In this document: positions 1 to 9,764 of the stretch, in pieces
Layout: each line of letters begins with the position of its first letter
How positions within the stretch are numbered: position 1 is the stretch's first letter
Assembly (NCBI GenBank): GCA_964584935.1
Contig: CAZPBN010000008.1
Coordinates: 38,962-102,961 of the forward strand
Direction: 5' to 3'
DNA length: 64,000 bases
DNA from: an uncultured Eubacteriales bacterium
GTDB taxonomy: Bacteria > Acidobacteriota > Aminicenantia > Aminicenantales > Aminicenantaceae
Program-made: the position numbers and the translations under genes
The notes under the pieces: generated by a model
The model's input: only the letters and a program-made list of their open reading frames with translations
What the model was told of the DNA's origin: nothing
Database searches by the model: none

Positions 1-2
1 AG

Positions 3-407
3 GGATTTCACGTTGAAATACACACGAACTTGGATAAATTTCCAGCTGGCTCTCCTTATAAAACGGTTATATTTGCCATCGGAGCCAGTTTGAAAGGAAT
101 GGGAGCTTCGGGGCTTACGGTTGGAAAAGAAGAAAAACGCCTTAAGAACATCATCGACTACTGTCAAAATAACGATATCACCATTATTGCTGTCCATATC
201 GGAGGCATATCAAAAAGAGGAGCTCCGGGAAGTGATAATGAGCGGATGATCAATGCGGTTGCTCCTCAAGCAGATCAAATAATCATCACTACTTCAAGCA
301 ACAAAGACGGAAGATTTGACGAAATAGCCAAGAAAAATGACATTCCTTTAACAAAAATTGAATATGCATTGGAACTTGTTGATATTATAAAAGATATTTT
401 TGAATAA
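3..407 (+). CDS. DUF6305-like protein, 5'-partial (frame open to window edge)
   Basis: Frame is open from nt 3. The motifs GASLKGMGASG and IIAVHIGG..KRG match my recollection of DUF6305 proteins. Confidence 0.6.
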   Translation, partial: GFHVEIHTNLDKFPAGSPYKTVIFAIGASLKGMGASGLTVGKEEKRLKNIIDYCQNNDITIIAVHIGGISKRGAPGSDNERMINAVAPQADQIIITTSSNKDGRFDEIAKKNDIPLTKIEYALELVDIIKDIFE

Positions 408-625
408 ATCTTTCAATCCGAATTATCGTAAGACGCAAGATGCCATTGGAAAAATGAACACCAAGAGGACTATGTCATCATCTAACTTAAACAATGAGTG
501 CTCAGTTGCTATATGGTTGGATTGTTGGTTATATACGCCACTCTTTACAAAGAAAGCCATTTGATTGCGTTCCCCCTTACCCACTGTGTTTATTTTGTGC
601 CTGAGGCAGGGATTGTTTCTTCAGA

Positions 626-1135
626 TTATAAAAACAATTGTCTTGCTTTTTTTTCCAACACTCCGACTTCTGTAAGCAATTCCTGTAACTTTTTTATCAT
701 TAATCTGGCTTTAATATTCTCCAGCTTTCTTTTTCCTTCATTCTGCTTTTTGTAATATCTTAAAAGAAAAACTTCAATTTCTGAACCGTCTATATATTTT
801 CTCAATAATTCATCATTGATAATTTCTTTCCTCACATCTTCGAAATCTTTGCCTTTGGCAACTATGTGACTCTCTTTGCGCAGTTCCTCTCTCCACTTCT
901 CAAATTCGTCAGAAGCATAATCGGGCATGGGGCCTAAATACTTGCGTGCATTTTTAATGACTTCGTGATATAAATTTTCTCCGTCTTTATATACTTTCCT
1001 TGCTTGATAATAATCAGTAGAACTTGGAAATGAAATATCTTCCAGTAATTTCTTAAAAACATCAATAGAATAAACCAAATAATCGCAGGCTTCAATGGCT
1101 TTTTTGTAAACGAGTTTGTCTATTCTTCCTTTCAT
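626..1135 (-). CDS. hypothetical all-helical protein (169 aa)
   Basis: Long ATG ORF with charged, helical composition and no recognised motif. Confidence 0.6.
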   Translation of the reverse strand: MKGRIDKLVYKKAIEACDYLVYSIDVFKKLLEDISFPSSTDYYQARKVYKDGENLYHEVIKNARKYLGPMPDYASDEFEKWREELRKESHIVAKGKDFEDVRKEIINDELLRKYIDGSEIEVFLLRYYKKQNEGKRKLENIKARLMIKKLQELLTEVGVLEKKARQLFL

Positions 1136-1257
1136 TTTAAGCTGTTGATTTTATCCAGATTCTTCAAACATATCCCGCTTGATTTTTATCATATCATTTT
1201 TTTTGAAAAAATTAAAACCAAAATATCAGATTCCATCCTTTCATCTCTTGTCTTTTT

Positions 1258-2832
1258 CTATATAACAGATAAACTCTGATAATAATCGGATAAAATTTCG
1301 TCATATCTTTGTCTAAAATCTCTCAGAGCATAGGGAAGATAATCCAGAATATCCTGGGCTGTGATCCCATCCTCTCCTTTCTTCACAGCAGCCATATCTC
1401 CGGAATATCCATGCATAAACACTCCGGTTTTCACTGCTTCTATCAATGGGAGGCCCAATCCATACATGGCTGCAATAGTCCCCGTAAGGACATCTCCGGA
1501 TCCCGCGGACGCCATCCCTGAATTCCCGCTCATATTGACAAAGACATGTTCATCAGGGCTTCCAATCAAAGTGTGAGCTCCTTTTAGAACAATGACAGCG
1601 TTCAATTTCTTGGCCCATTTCTGTACCAAATCGGTTTTATTATTAATTATTTCAGAAACTGGTTTATCAACCATCCTTGACATTTCTCCCAAATGAGGAG
1701 TGAGAATTGTCGGAGCGGATCTTTTTCTCAGTATTTCTATATCACTTGATAGAGCAGTGATTCCATCCCCATCCAGGAGGAGAGGATTCTTTAATCTTCG
1801 TGCTAAATATAAAACCAGTTCCTGGGTTTCTTTATTCAGAGACAACCCCGGTCCTAAGACAACCATATCAAGTTTCTCAGCTAAACGTAAAATCTCCTCC
1901 CTGTTCTCCAAAGCAACACTTCCTGTATCTGTTTCCTTCTGGGGAACAAAAACAATTTCACTTCCTTTGTTGGCAATAAAAGGGCTTATTGAAAAAGGAG
2001 CCGCTAACCGAGAATAGCCTCCTCCAGCTTTTAAAAAGGATAGAGCAGAAAAGTAAGGAGCTCCGTAGTAATTGGACGCTCCCGCAACAAAAAGAACATC
2101 TCCAAAGTTTCCTTTATGGGCATCCTTATCCCTTTCCGGAAGTTTTAAGGGAATATTTATCTCTATTTTCAGGGAATCTTTCTTATAAAGCTGGGGAGGA
2201 AACGATATGTGAGTGACATACAGTCGCCCACAAAGATCGTATCCTGGATAAAGGAGATTGCCTATTTTGGGAAGCCCAAATGACACTGTATAATCCGCTT
2301 TGACCCCAGTCCCCATTATCTGTCCGGTATTCCCGTTGATTCCGGACGGAATATCTATACTGAAAATTGTTTTATTCGCTTTATTAATTGTTTGGATCAC
2401 ATTTTTATGCAAGCCCGTCACATTTCTGGTCAATCCGGTTCCAAATATCCCATCCACAATCGCATCGGAACGGGATATTTCATTTTCCAATGATTTGATT
2501 GATTTTATCCGATTGACCTCTATAGGCAATTGAGTAATGATTTCATAGTTTTTCTTTGCAGCTCCCTTAAATTTTGCTGAATCAGCCATTAAAAATACAG
2601 TCGCCTTTCCTCCCATTGAATGAATTTTTCTTGCAACCATCAATCCATCCCCCCCATTATTTCCTGAACCACAGATGATAATGAATTTTTTCCCTTTAAT
2701 GCCAAATTCTTTAAGAATCACAAAATATACAGCATGCCCCGCATTCTCCATGAGCAATTCTTGGGAAATTCCATATTTCTCCATAGCGCTTTTATCTAAA
2801 TTCCTCATTTCTTCAACAGTTGATATTTTCAT
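1258..2832 (-). CDS. nnr: bifunctional NAD(P)H-hydrate epimerase/dehydratase (YjeF_N + carbohydrate kinase)
   Basis: LMENAG, GSGNNGGDG, DIPSG, HKGNFG, LTPHLGEM and GSGDVLTG motifs; GGAGG RBS. Confidence 0.95.
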   Translation of the reverse strand: MKISTVEEMRNLDKSAMEKYGISQELLMENAGHAVYFVILKEFGIKGKKFIIICGSGNNGGDGLMVARKIHSMGGKATVFLMADSAKFKGAAKKNYEIITQLPIEVNRIKSIKSLENEISRSDAIVDGIFGTGLTRNVTGLHKNVIQTINKANKTIFSIDIPSGINGNTGQIMGTGVKADYTVSFGLPKIGNLLYPGYDLCGRLYVTHISFPPQLYKKDSLKIEINIPLKLPERDKDAHKGNFGDVLFVAGASNYYGAPYFSALSFLKAGGGYSRLAAPFSISPFIANKGSEIVFVPQKETDTGSVALENREEILRLAEKLDMVVLGPGLSLNKETQELVLYLARRLKNPLLLDGDGITALSSDIEILRKRSAPTILTPHLGEMSRMVDKPVSEIINNKTDLVQKWAKKLNAVIVLKGAHTLIGSPDEHVFVNMSGNSGMASAGSGDVLTGTIAAMYGLGLPLIEAVKTGVFMHGYSGDMAAVKKGEDGITAQDILDYLPYALRDFRQRYDEILSDYYQSLSVI

Positions 2833-2917
2833 TGTGCCTCCCTATAAGTTGGAATTCTTAATGAAACCTGATCATCATCCATAAAAATCCGGATTTTGGA
2901 GAAATCATTATATACAT

Positions 2918-3418
2918 TCATTGGAAACAATTCAAATGCATTGCCGGTTCGTTTTTTTCAATACTCAGCTGTCCGGCAAGAATCTGAAGAGCGAGAACAT
3001 CATCTTTAACAAAAGCATCCAGCTTCAGACTCTGCACATCGAGAACTCCAATAACTCTATTTTTTAGCTTAATAGGAACAGCTAGTTCAGACTTCGTTTC
3101 CATATCCTCAAAGAATTTAAAATATCGAGCATCCTTTTTAACATCAGGAACCACAATCGGTTCTCCTATACTTGCTACATAGCTGATGATCCCATGTGAT
3201 CCGATTTCAATTCTTATTTTATTTTCAAGTTCACGAAAAACAGGTCGTGTCGCCGCTTGAAGCTTCAGTTCTTTTCCCTCAGAATCTGAAAGGAAAATAC
3301 AGACATTATAATAAGCAAATGTATCGCTTATTAATTTTGTGGCTTCGTGAAGCAATTCATATAGATTAAGAATTGAAGTTATCTTTTTATTAAGTCTGGA
3401 GACCAGGCTTAAAATCAC
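2918..3418 (-). pseudogene. orphan GAF domain, probably a truncated sensor gene fragment
   Basis: GAF hallmarks (GIISYVA..GEPIVVPDV..D.RY; SELAVPIK...VIGVLDVQS). The sequence degenerates after LAGQLSI. No ATG start; the frame is open to 3499. Confidence 0.55.
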
Positions 3419-3913
3419 AGCCCGGCTTTTTAATCCTTTTTCCTGTTCATAAATTTTTGAATCATTCTCTTTATTATTTTTATTTTTTCCAATCAGTTTT
3501 TAAATATGTTTATTCGAATTATTCACCGGACAAGCTTAATGCAGATGCGAGTGCAGCCTTCAAAGCTGTGGTTGCCTTCCGCTAAGGTGCTGTCATAAAA
3601 CAAATTCAGCAAAACCAGCTTGCCTCTAAAGTATAAACAAAAACATATGTAAAAAATCATTTCAATAAGAAATAACCGCATTTGATTCCGGGATATATAA
3701 TTATTTAACGGGCATAACATGGAAATATATAATTTTGCTGCCATTTTTTAGAAATAGTCCAGATAGCATTATATCATAGAATTCCAGGCTTCTGGGATGG
3801 CTTTTTGAACACTCTTTTGACTACGATTATAAGAGTATTTAAAGAAAAAACCGGAATCTGACAACCGTTTATCCCAATTATGCTTTTTTTCATCTTCAAA
3901 ATCATTTCCTCAT

Positions 3914-5245
3914 TTATGGACAATTTTTTTTGTGCTCTTTCCCGTAAATAGTGCTATCTCTAGTGACACAGCCAACCACACATCCCGCCCGCATCAACTC
4001 AGAACATTTTGAACAAGCAATACAGACTTTTTTTGAATCCAATTTTCTATTTTTCATTAAATCTCTCGGAGCATCCGGATAAGCAAGCGAACTCCTTCCC
4101 AGACCTATTATCGATGCTTTTCCCCGATTGATCGCGGCTGCTCCCACATGAGGAAAAAATGAACGCAGCCAGGAAAATCCAGTTCCCACAAAAGGAATAT
4201 AAGGAAAATCCTTTTGCAGTTCTCCGCACAGTTTAATCAATCGGGCTATTCCCTCCAGAGGATGTTCTTCAGGAACAAGTGTTCCCGAAACCGGTTGGTC
4301 AAAAGGACGGCTTATATGAGCATTGTAATAAGGATTTCCCGCCGTGATATTGATGAGCGAGCATCCTGCATTCCCGAGACTTTGAATCAATTCTTTCGGT
4401 TCTTTCAGATCTATCTCCAGAGAACCATCTTTTGAAACTCCGAATCCATAGGGATAATGGATTCCGTCATAAGCATTCAAACGAACTGCCAAATCAAGTC
4501 CGGGAACTCTATCATGAATTTTCTGAATCACCTCCAATAGAAAACTGATTCGATTTGAAAAAGCTCCCCCATAACGGCTTTTTTCCCGGGCATAGGCTGC
4601 CAGAAGCTCATTAATCAAATATCCATGACAGGATTTGATGTCCACAGCATCAAATCCTGCTTCTCTGGCTAATCGGGCAGCCTTTACATAATGATCCTGC
4701 AATCGATCCAATTCATCATCTTTTATAATATGAACCTGATCATCCTTTCCTTCCAGAAAAGGATTGGAAACAGCGATCACCGGCTTTGATTTTCCTTCAG
4801 GTTTGCTGTATCGCCCTGAATGAGTCAATTGAAGGACTGTGAATAACTCCTGGGCATTTCCATAAACTCTATAAGCGGCTTTGCGAGTTTGCATCACCAG
4901 ATTTTCGAAACGACTCAGGCTTCGGGAGGAAATCATCAACTGATAGGGATTTGAACGTCCTTCAGGAATAACACCGGTGGCTTCAAACCATATGAGTCCG
5001 CTTCCTCCTTCGGCATAGCGGGTGTACCGTCTGAGTGTGAGTGCGCTGGGAGAGCCATCAGGATCAGCATCAAATCCTTCCATTGGCTGCACAGCCAAAC
5101 GGTTGGGTACATTCCTCAATCCAATCGTGATCGGATTGAATAGATTTGACAGCGAATCACTATAAGGAACCATAACTCCAAGATTCTCTGCTTTTTCTAA
5201 CAGCTCATTCTTGATTTTGAAATCAAATTGCTGATGCCTGGACAT
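3914..5245 (-). CDS. NADH:flavin oxidoreductase / old yellow enzyme family
   Basis: NRLAVQPMEG, GGSGLIWFEAT, QLTHSGRY, AGFDAVDIKSCHGYL and a C-terminal CIACSKC motif. Confidence 0.9.
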   Translation of the reverse strand: MSRHQQFDFKIKNELLEKAENLGVMVPYSDSLSNLFNPITIGLRNVPNRLAVQPMEGFDADPDGSPSALTLRRYTRYAEGGSGLIWFEATGVIPEGRSNPYQLMISSRSLSRFENLVMQTRKAAYRVYGNAQELFTVLQLTHSGRYSKPEGKSKPVIAVSNPFLEGKDDQVHIIKDDELDRLQDHYVKAARLAREAGFDAVDIKSCHGYLINELLAAYAREKSRYGGAFSNRISFLLEVIQKIHDRVPGLDLAVRLNAYDGIHYPYGFGVSKDGSLEIDLKEPKELIQSLGNAGCSLINITAGNPYYNAHISRPFDQPVSGTLVPEEHPLEGIARLIKLCGELQKDFPYIPFVGTGFSWLRSFFPHVGAAAINRGKASIIGLGRSSLAYPDAPRDLMKNRKLDSKKVCIACSKCSELMRAGCVVGCVTRDSTIYGKEHKKNCP

Positions 5246-5309
5246 AACACTCCTATAGTATATAAAAATATTTTAAAAAAGAAATAAAAATTTAATAACC
5301 TTCCCAATT

Positions 5310-6632
5310 TTATGCTGATTTTTTTAGTACTTTAAAATAAGGTATGAAAAGATAGCTCACAGCTAAAAATCGCCCCACTACAAGTGAAATGGCTGCCGCA
5401 ACGGCACCTATCATTCCCAAAAACTGTATAGAAATAATAAGTAAAATGATGACCGTCGTGACCTCAATAGCTGTGGCAATGGTTATGGGCTTTGTTCTCC
5501 GGGAATTAACCAGAACAGCTCTTTGCAAAGAGAGTAAAACCACCATGGCGGGTATGAATGTGAGTATTCGTGTGGGGAGAATTGAAAATTCTGTCAAATC
5601 CATTGACAATCCGGAAACATCTCTGAACCATATAAAAGATAATTTTGTGAAAACAACAACCAGAAAGATTCCGGCCATACATAATCCCAGTAAAATGGCA
5701 AATCGACGTATCTGTTGATATCTTCGGTTACCAGTTCCCAGAAGGGCAATCCCAACTTCTTGAAAAGACATCCCAACACTTCGAAAAATAAACACAAATG
5801 AATTTATAACCGGCAGCACAGCCAAGGACTCAATAGCCATGCGGCTGTTTCCCACAAAAAAGGTCACCAGGGGCTGAACAGCTAATCCCAGAATGGATGT
5901 CAGGGCAAGAGGATAATAAAAATGGGTGATATTTTTATAGGTTAACGTGGCTTTCTCCGAATCATCTGATTCAACAGTCATCAGAAATTTCACTGAATGA
6001 TGTGCCATAATCCGAGAGGCGATGGCTTCTCCGATCACTCCCATAGACAAGGAAAGCCCCCCAACCACGGCTCCCGGTATTTCCAATACCCAATAACAAA
6101 AAAGTGCTGTTAAAGACATCGATGTCAACCGGACAACTGTTCCATAAGCAACTCTTCTGGTCAGATTGCTTCTTATCAGAACTCCTTGATAAAAGCGCCG
6201 ATAACCAATCGCAGCCGGCCAAGGCAATAAAACCAGGCAGGTTTTATAAGTCAAATTTGCTACATCCACCTTCAATCCAATGAGACCCGTGGCAACAAAA
6301 TGGAAAACAGGTGGGATCAAAAGAATTAGCATTAAAAATGTGATGATACTGTTTAAAGTATAGGTGAAACGCCTTAGTTTCAAAAAAGTATATCTGTTTT
6401 TAACCAGAGCTGTGGAAGCACTCATAATCATGATAATGGGAGCTTCCATAAAAACAGCAATGGCAAAAGCAACTCCATAAGCGGCTAAATTGTACTTTGG
6501 GGAGGGCATCCGGGCAATCACAGCAGCCAGAAACGGTCCTTCTGTAGCCATCATCAACCAGGTCCCGGCAAGAGGAGCCCAGAAAATAAATATTTTCTTA
6601 AGGCTTAGTTCATCATTCGGCATTTCCGCCAA
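5310..6632 (-). CDS. MATE/MOP-superfamily membrane transporter (ANKH-like)
   Basis: About 12 hydrophobic segments in two similar halves (FWAPLA / FYYPLA). The LAAYGVAFAI segment resembles ANKH-type proteins. Confidence 0.7.
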   Translation of the reverse strand: MAEMPNDELSLKKIFIFWAPLAGTWLMMATEGPFLAAVIARMPSPKYNLAAYGVAFAIAVFMEAPIIMIMSASTALVKNRYTFLKLRRFTYTLNSIITFLMLILLIPPVFHFVATGLIGLKVDVANLTYKTCLVLLPWPAAIGYRRFYQGVLIRSNLTRRVAYGTVVRLTSMSLTALFCYWVLEIPGAVVGGLSLSMGVIGEAIASRIMAHHSVKFLMTVESDDSEKATLTYKNITHFYYPLALTSILGLAVQPLVTFFVGNSRMAIESLAVLPVINSFVFIFRSVGMSFQEVGIALLGTGNRRYQQIRRFAILLGLCMAGIFLVVVFTKLSFIWFRDVSGLSMDLTEFSILPTRILTFIPAMVVLLSLQRAVLVNSRRTKPITIATAIEVTTVIILLIISIQFLGMIGAVAAAISLVVGRFLAVSYLFIPYFKVLKKSA

Positions 6633-6695
6633 CTTTATCTTTATTTAATTAAAGAATCAAGTAAGTTATGAATAGATATTGTTACGAAAAAAAAG

Positions 6696-6724
6696 AGGGA
6701 CACTTTACCTATTTACCTTATTTT
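6696..6724 (+). repeat. 28-bp AGGGACAC-family dispersed repeat (solo copy)
   Basis: AGGGACACTTTACCTATTTACCTTATTT has 1 mismatch to the copy at 46220-46247. Confidence 0.85.
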
Positions 6725-6903
6725 GTGAAGCGAGACGAGAGAGAAAGGCGAGACGAATTTATAAAGAAGCAAGACAAGTTAATTGTGTTTGTTGCCTCCA
6801 TTGCGTTATTCGCGTTACTGGCATTTTTTGAATCGTTCCCTTAAATCTAGTCTGTTTTGCCCATTCATTTAATTTGCACTGGTTGATCTCCCTTCTTCTT
6901 CTT

Positions 6904-7011
6904 GGACTGTTCGTGGACTAATTCCACCATTAATTATCCTTTCTGTAGGGGCCGATTCCCTCATCAGTCCACATGGATTTAAAACAGGGCTGTTTGGGAA
7001 ATGGTTCCTAC
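6904..7011. repeat. cluster of three GTAG-type REP-like elements, including an inverted pair (REPIN-like)
   Basis: GTAGGGGCCGATTCCCTCATCAGTCC (6945-6970, +) faces GTAGGAACCATTTCCCAAACAGCCC (6987-7011, -). A degenerate copy lies at 6904-6928 (-). Confidence 0.65.
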
Positions 7012-7057
7012 AATCCTCTCCCACGCGAGAGAGGAACCTCTATCTTCAAAAGGGAAT

Positions 7058-8998
7058 TTAAGATTTTATGGTTTCCATCAATTTCTCCAGTTTCAGTTTA
7101 GACTGTTCCCAGTCCTGATAAAGATTTTCCAGCTCCTTCTTAAGGGCTGCATGTCTTTTTTGTAAGGAAACAATCTTTCCTGACTCTTTATAGGTTTCCG
7201 GGTTTGCCATCTCTTTTTCAATATGTTTGATTTCCTCTTCAATGTCATCTATCCTTTGTTCTTTTGATTTTATATTCTGATTCAATTGATTTCTTTCCTT
7301 GGTAATAGACTTTCGGGCTTCGGCTTCCATCCGTTTCTGCTGTTTCGTTTTTTTCCCGGAAACGATAACCTGTTTTTTTGTTTTCAATTGAATCCTGTCA
7401 TCTGCCTGTTCTTCTCTTTTTTCCAAATAATAGGAATAATTCCCTGGATATTCATTAAGCTTTTTGTCCTTTATTTCTATAACTCTATGGACAAGTTTAT
7501 CCAGAAAGTACCGGTCATGAGAGATGAGTAAAAGTGTGCCATTATAACCGGAAAGGGCATATTCGAGAGCTTCTTTTGAAACCACATCCAGGTGGGTGGT
7601 GGGTTCATCCATTATTATAAAATTAACCGGAAACAAAAGAATCTTTGCCAAAGAAACTCTGGCTTTCTCTCCCCCGGAAAGCACTTTAATCTTTTTAAAC
7701 ACATCGTCTCCGCTGAATTGAAAGATTCCCAGCACATCTCTAATCCTGGGGATATAATTTTTATCTGCAGAGGAAAGAACTTCATCGTAAATAGTGGATT
7801 CCAAATTAAGCATTTCGATCTGATGCTGAGCGTAATACCCTATTTGGGTCCTCTTCCCCAGGCTTATGGTTCCTAAATCAGGCTTTAACTTGGAAGTTAT
7901 CAGTTTAGTCAAGGTGGTTTTCCCGCTTCCGTTTGCTCCCACAAGGGCAATCTTTTCTCCTCTGTATAAATTAAGGTTGATATTGCTGAATATCCATTCT
8001 TTCTCATAACGAAAAGACATATTTTTTATTTCCAAAACGTCTTTATAACTGGGAACAGATACAGATAAATTAAATTGAACGGAACTTGAACTTTTCGGCA
8101 ATTCAATTATTTCCATTTCATTCAAATACTTAATTCGGCTTTGAACTTGGGCTGCTTTGTCCTTTTTATACCTGTATCTGCTTATAAACCTTTCTTGTCT
8201 TTTTCGTTCTTCCTCTTGCTCCTTCCATTTTTTAAGCAGCCGTTCCCTTTTCTTGGCTTTTTCCTGTTCATATTTATGATAATCACCTGGATAAAATTCT
8301 AATCTCCCATTTTCCAGTTCATATATTTCATCCGTAATCCTATCAATAAAAAAGCGGTCATGGGAAACAATCACAATGCTTCCTTTAAACTGAAGAAGAT
8401 ATTTCTCAAGCCACTCCAAGGAAGGAAGATCCAGATGATTAGAAGGCTCGTCCAGTAAAAGAATATCTGGCTTTTGAACAAGAAGGCGGGCAAGATACAC
8501 CCTCATACGCCATCCCCCACTGAAATCGGAAAGGGGGCGCGCAAAATTATGGGAAGAAAATCCCAATCCGGAAAGAATGGTTTTTGCATCTGTTTCCAGC
8601 TTATATCCTTCTAAAGCCTGGAATTTATGCTCCAGTTTGCCAAGCTGTTCTAAAAGTTCATTTTTATTATTGGAGTCATTCAAAGCATCGTGAATTTTTG
8701 CAATTTTCTTTTCTAAAACAGCAACTTCCTTCCGTCCTTCAATCACGGTGTCTAACACAGAAGTTCCTTCTAATGCTGTTTCTTCCTGGGGAAGATAAGC
8801 GATTTTGTATCGTTTGGGTTTGGTAATACTCCCTTTAAAGGAGGTAATATCACCGTTTATAATCTTTAAAAGGGTTGTTTTTCCAGCTCCGTTCGGTCCC
8901 AGCAATGCATCTCTTTGTCCAGACTGAATAAACCAGTCCACACCAGATAATATTTCTCTCCCGGCAATCGAATACTTTAAATCATGGAGTTGAAGCAT
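7058..8998 (-). CDS. ABC-F family ATPase (Uup/YheS-like) with C-terminal coiled coil
   Basis: Two ABC cassettes (GPNGAGKT/FSGGW/LLLDEP and GANGSGKT/LSGGE/IMDEP), no TM segments. Likely start MLQLH at 8998. Confidence 0.93.
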   Translation of the reverse strand: MLQLHDLKYSIAGREILSGVDWFIQSGQRDALLGPNGAGKTTLLKIINGDITSFKGSITKPKRYKIAYLPQEETALEGTSVLDTVIEGRKEVAVLEKKIAKIHDALNDSNNKNELLEQLGKLEHKFQALEGYKLETDAKTILSGLGFSSHNFARPLSDFSGGWRMRVYLARLLVQKPDILLLDEPSNHLDLPSLEWLEKYLLQFKGSIVIVSHDRFFIDRITDEIYELENGRLEFYPGDYHKYEQEKAKKRERLLKKWKEQEEERKRQERFISRYRYKKDKAAQVQSRIKYLNEMEIIELPKSSSSVQFNLSVSVPSYKDVLEIKNMSFRYEKEWIFSNINLNLYRGEKIALVGANGSGKTTLTKLITSKLKPDLGTISLGKRTQIGYYAQHQIEMLNLESTIYDEVLSSADKNYIPRIRDVLGIFQFSGDDVFKKIKVLSGGEKARVSLAKILLFPVNFIIMDEPTTHLDVVSKEALEYALSGYNGTLLLISHDRYFLDKLVHRVIEIKDKKLNEYPGNYSYYLEKREEQADDRIQLKTKKQVIVSGKKTKQQKRMEAEARKSITKERNQLNQNIKSKEQRIDDIEEEIKHIEKEMANPETYKESGKIVSLQKRHAALKKELENLYQDWEQSKLKLEKLMETIKS

Positions 8999-9020
8999 CA
9001 AAACCACTCAACAGGTGAAC

Positions 9021-9374
9021 TCATTTCAATAAACTTTTTAGCGCTTTTATATTATTTTTCATCCGTTCTTCACAAATCCCGGGCCACTCTTTTCGACCGG
9101 TGATGGATAATTCGCCTCTTTCATACATCTGCGCTGCTTGATGAGCCATTTGAATCAACCTTAAGAATTCTATAGGATTCAAATCAGGAAATCTCGAAAG
9201 AAACATTTCATCAAAAACAGGAATGGTGAAACTTCCTTCGTGGTCTTCAATGGATATTCCTGAATATTGAACTCCCTCCGATCCATTGTTTTTACTCCAT
9301 TTCATTATTTCCATAGGAGTTTGTTTCAAAGGAAAGAGACCATAATTGTCAATGCCCACACCAAATCTTTTCAT
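9021..9374 (-). pseudogene. internally deleted sugar-phosphate isomerase/AP-endonuclease-2 TIM-barrel-like gene
   Basis: N-terminal GIDNYGL...GSEGVQYSG is joined directly to a C-terminal-type SIEDH..FDEMFLSRFPDL. Only 117 aa. Confidence 0.5.
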
Positions 9375-9651
9375 GGCATATTTTTTTTAAGGATGATTTA
9401 TTTATTCTTTGAAATTTTATAGCACAGTGAATATTCTTAGTCAAAAATTAATATGGCAGAAGCTCCCTGTTTGTTCAAATAAATGCTTTCATAATTTAAA
9501 AATAACATATAAAATAATGTAAAATAAGATTTACATAATCGTGAACTATAATATACAATTTGAATTTCTCAGAAAATTAAATAAAATTTATTTTTATAAA
9601 TAACCTACAAAAACAATAAAAAACAATTAGGTTAATAATTTTGTTGAACAC

Positions 9652-9667
9652 TGGCATAAAAATTGCT
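9652..9667 (+). promoter_or_regulatory. sigma54 (-24/-12) promoter
   Basis: TGGCAT-AAAAA-TTGCT matches TGGCAC-N5-TTGCW with exact spacing, ~100 bp upstream of the 9765 ATG in a long AT-rich intergenic region. Confidence 0.75.
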
Positions 9668-9764
9668 TCTATATTATTATCTTTCAATGGAGGATAACAC
9701 CAGATAAGAATTTCATAAAAAATATGATAAAATATCATTAATATCAAATATTTAAGGAGGAACA

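Noticed and set aside
3523-3625. Locally GC-richer stretch that might be an IS end or ncRNA
   Set aside because: I could not identify a partner inverted repeat, transposase fragment or recognisable fold.
6865-6930. 21-aa minus-strand ORF MVELVHEQSKKKKGDQPVQIK with a weak RBS
   Set aside because: It overlaps a REP-like copy and is likely fortuitous.
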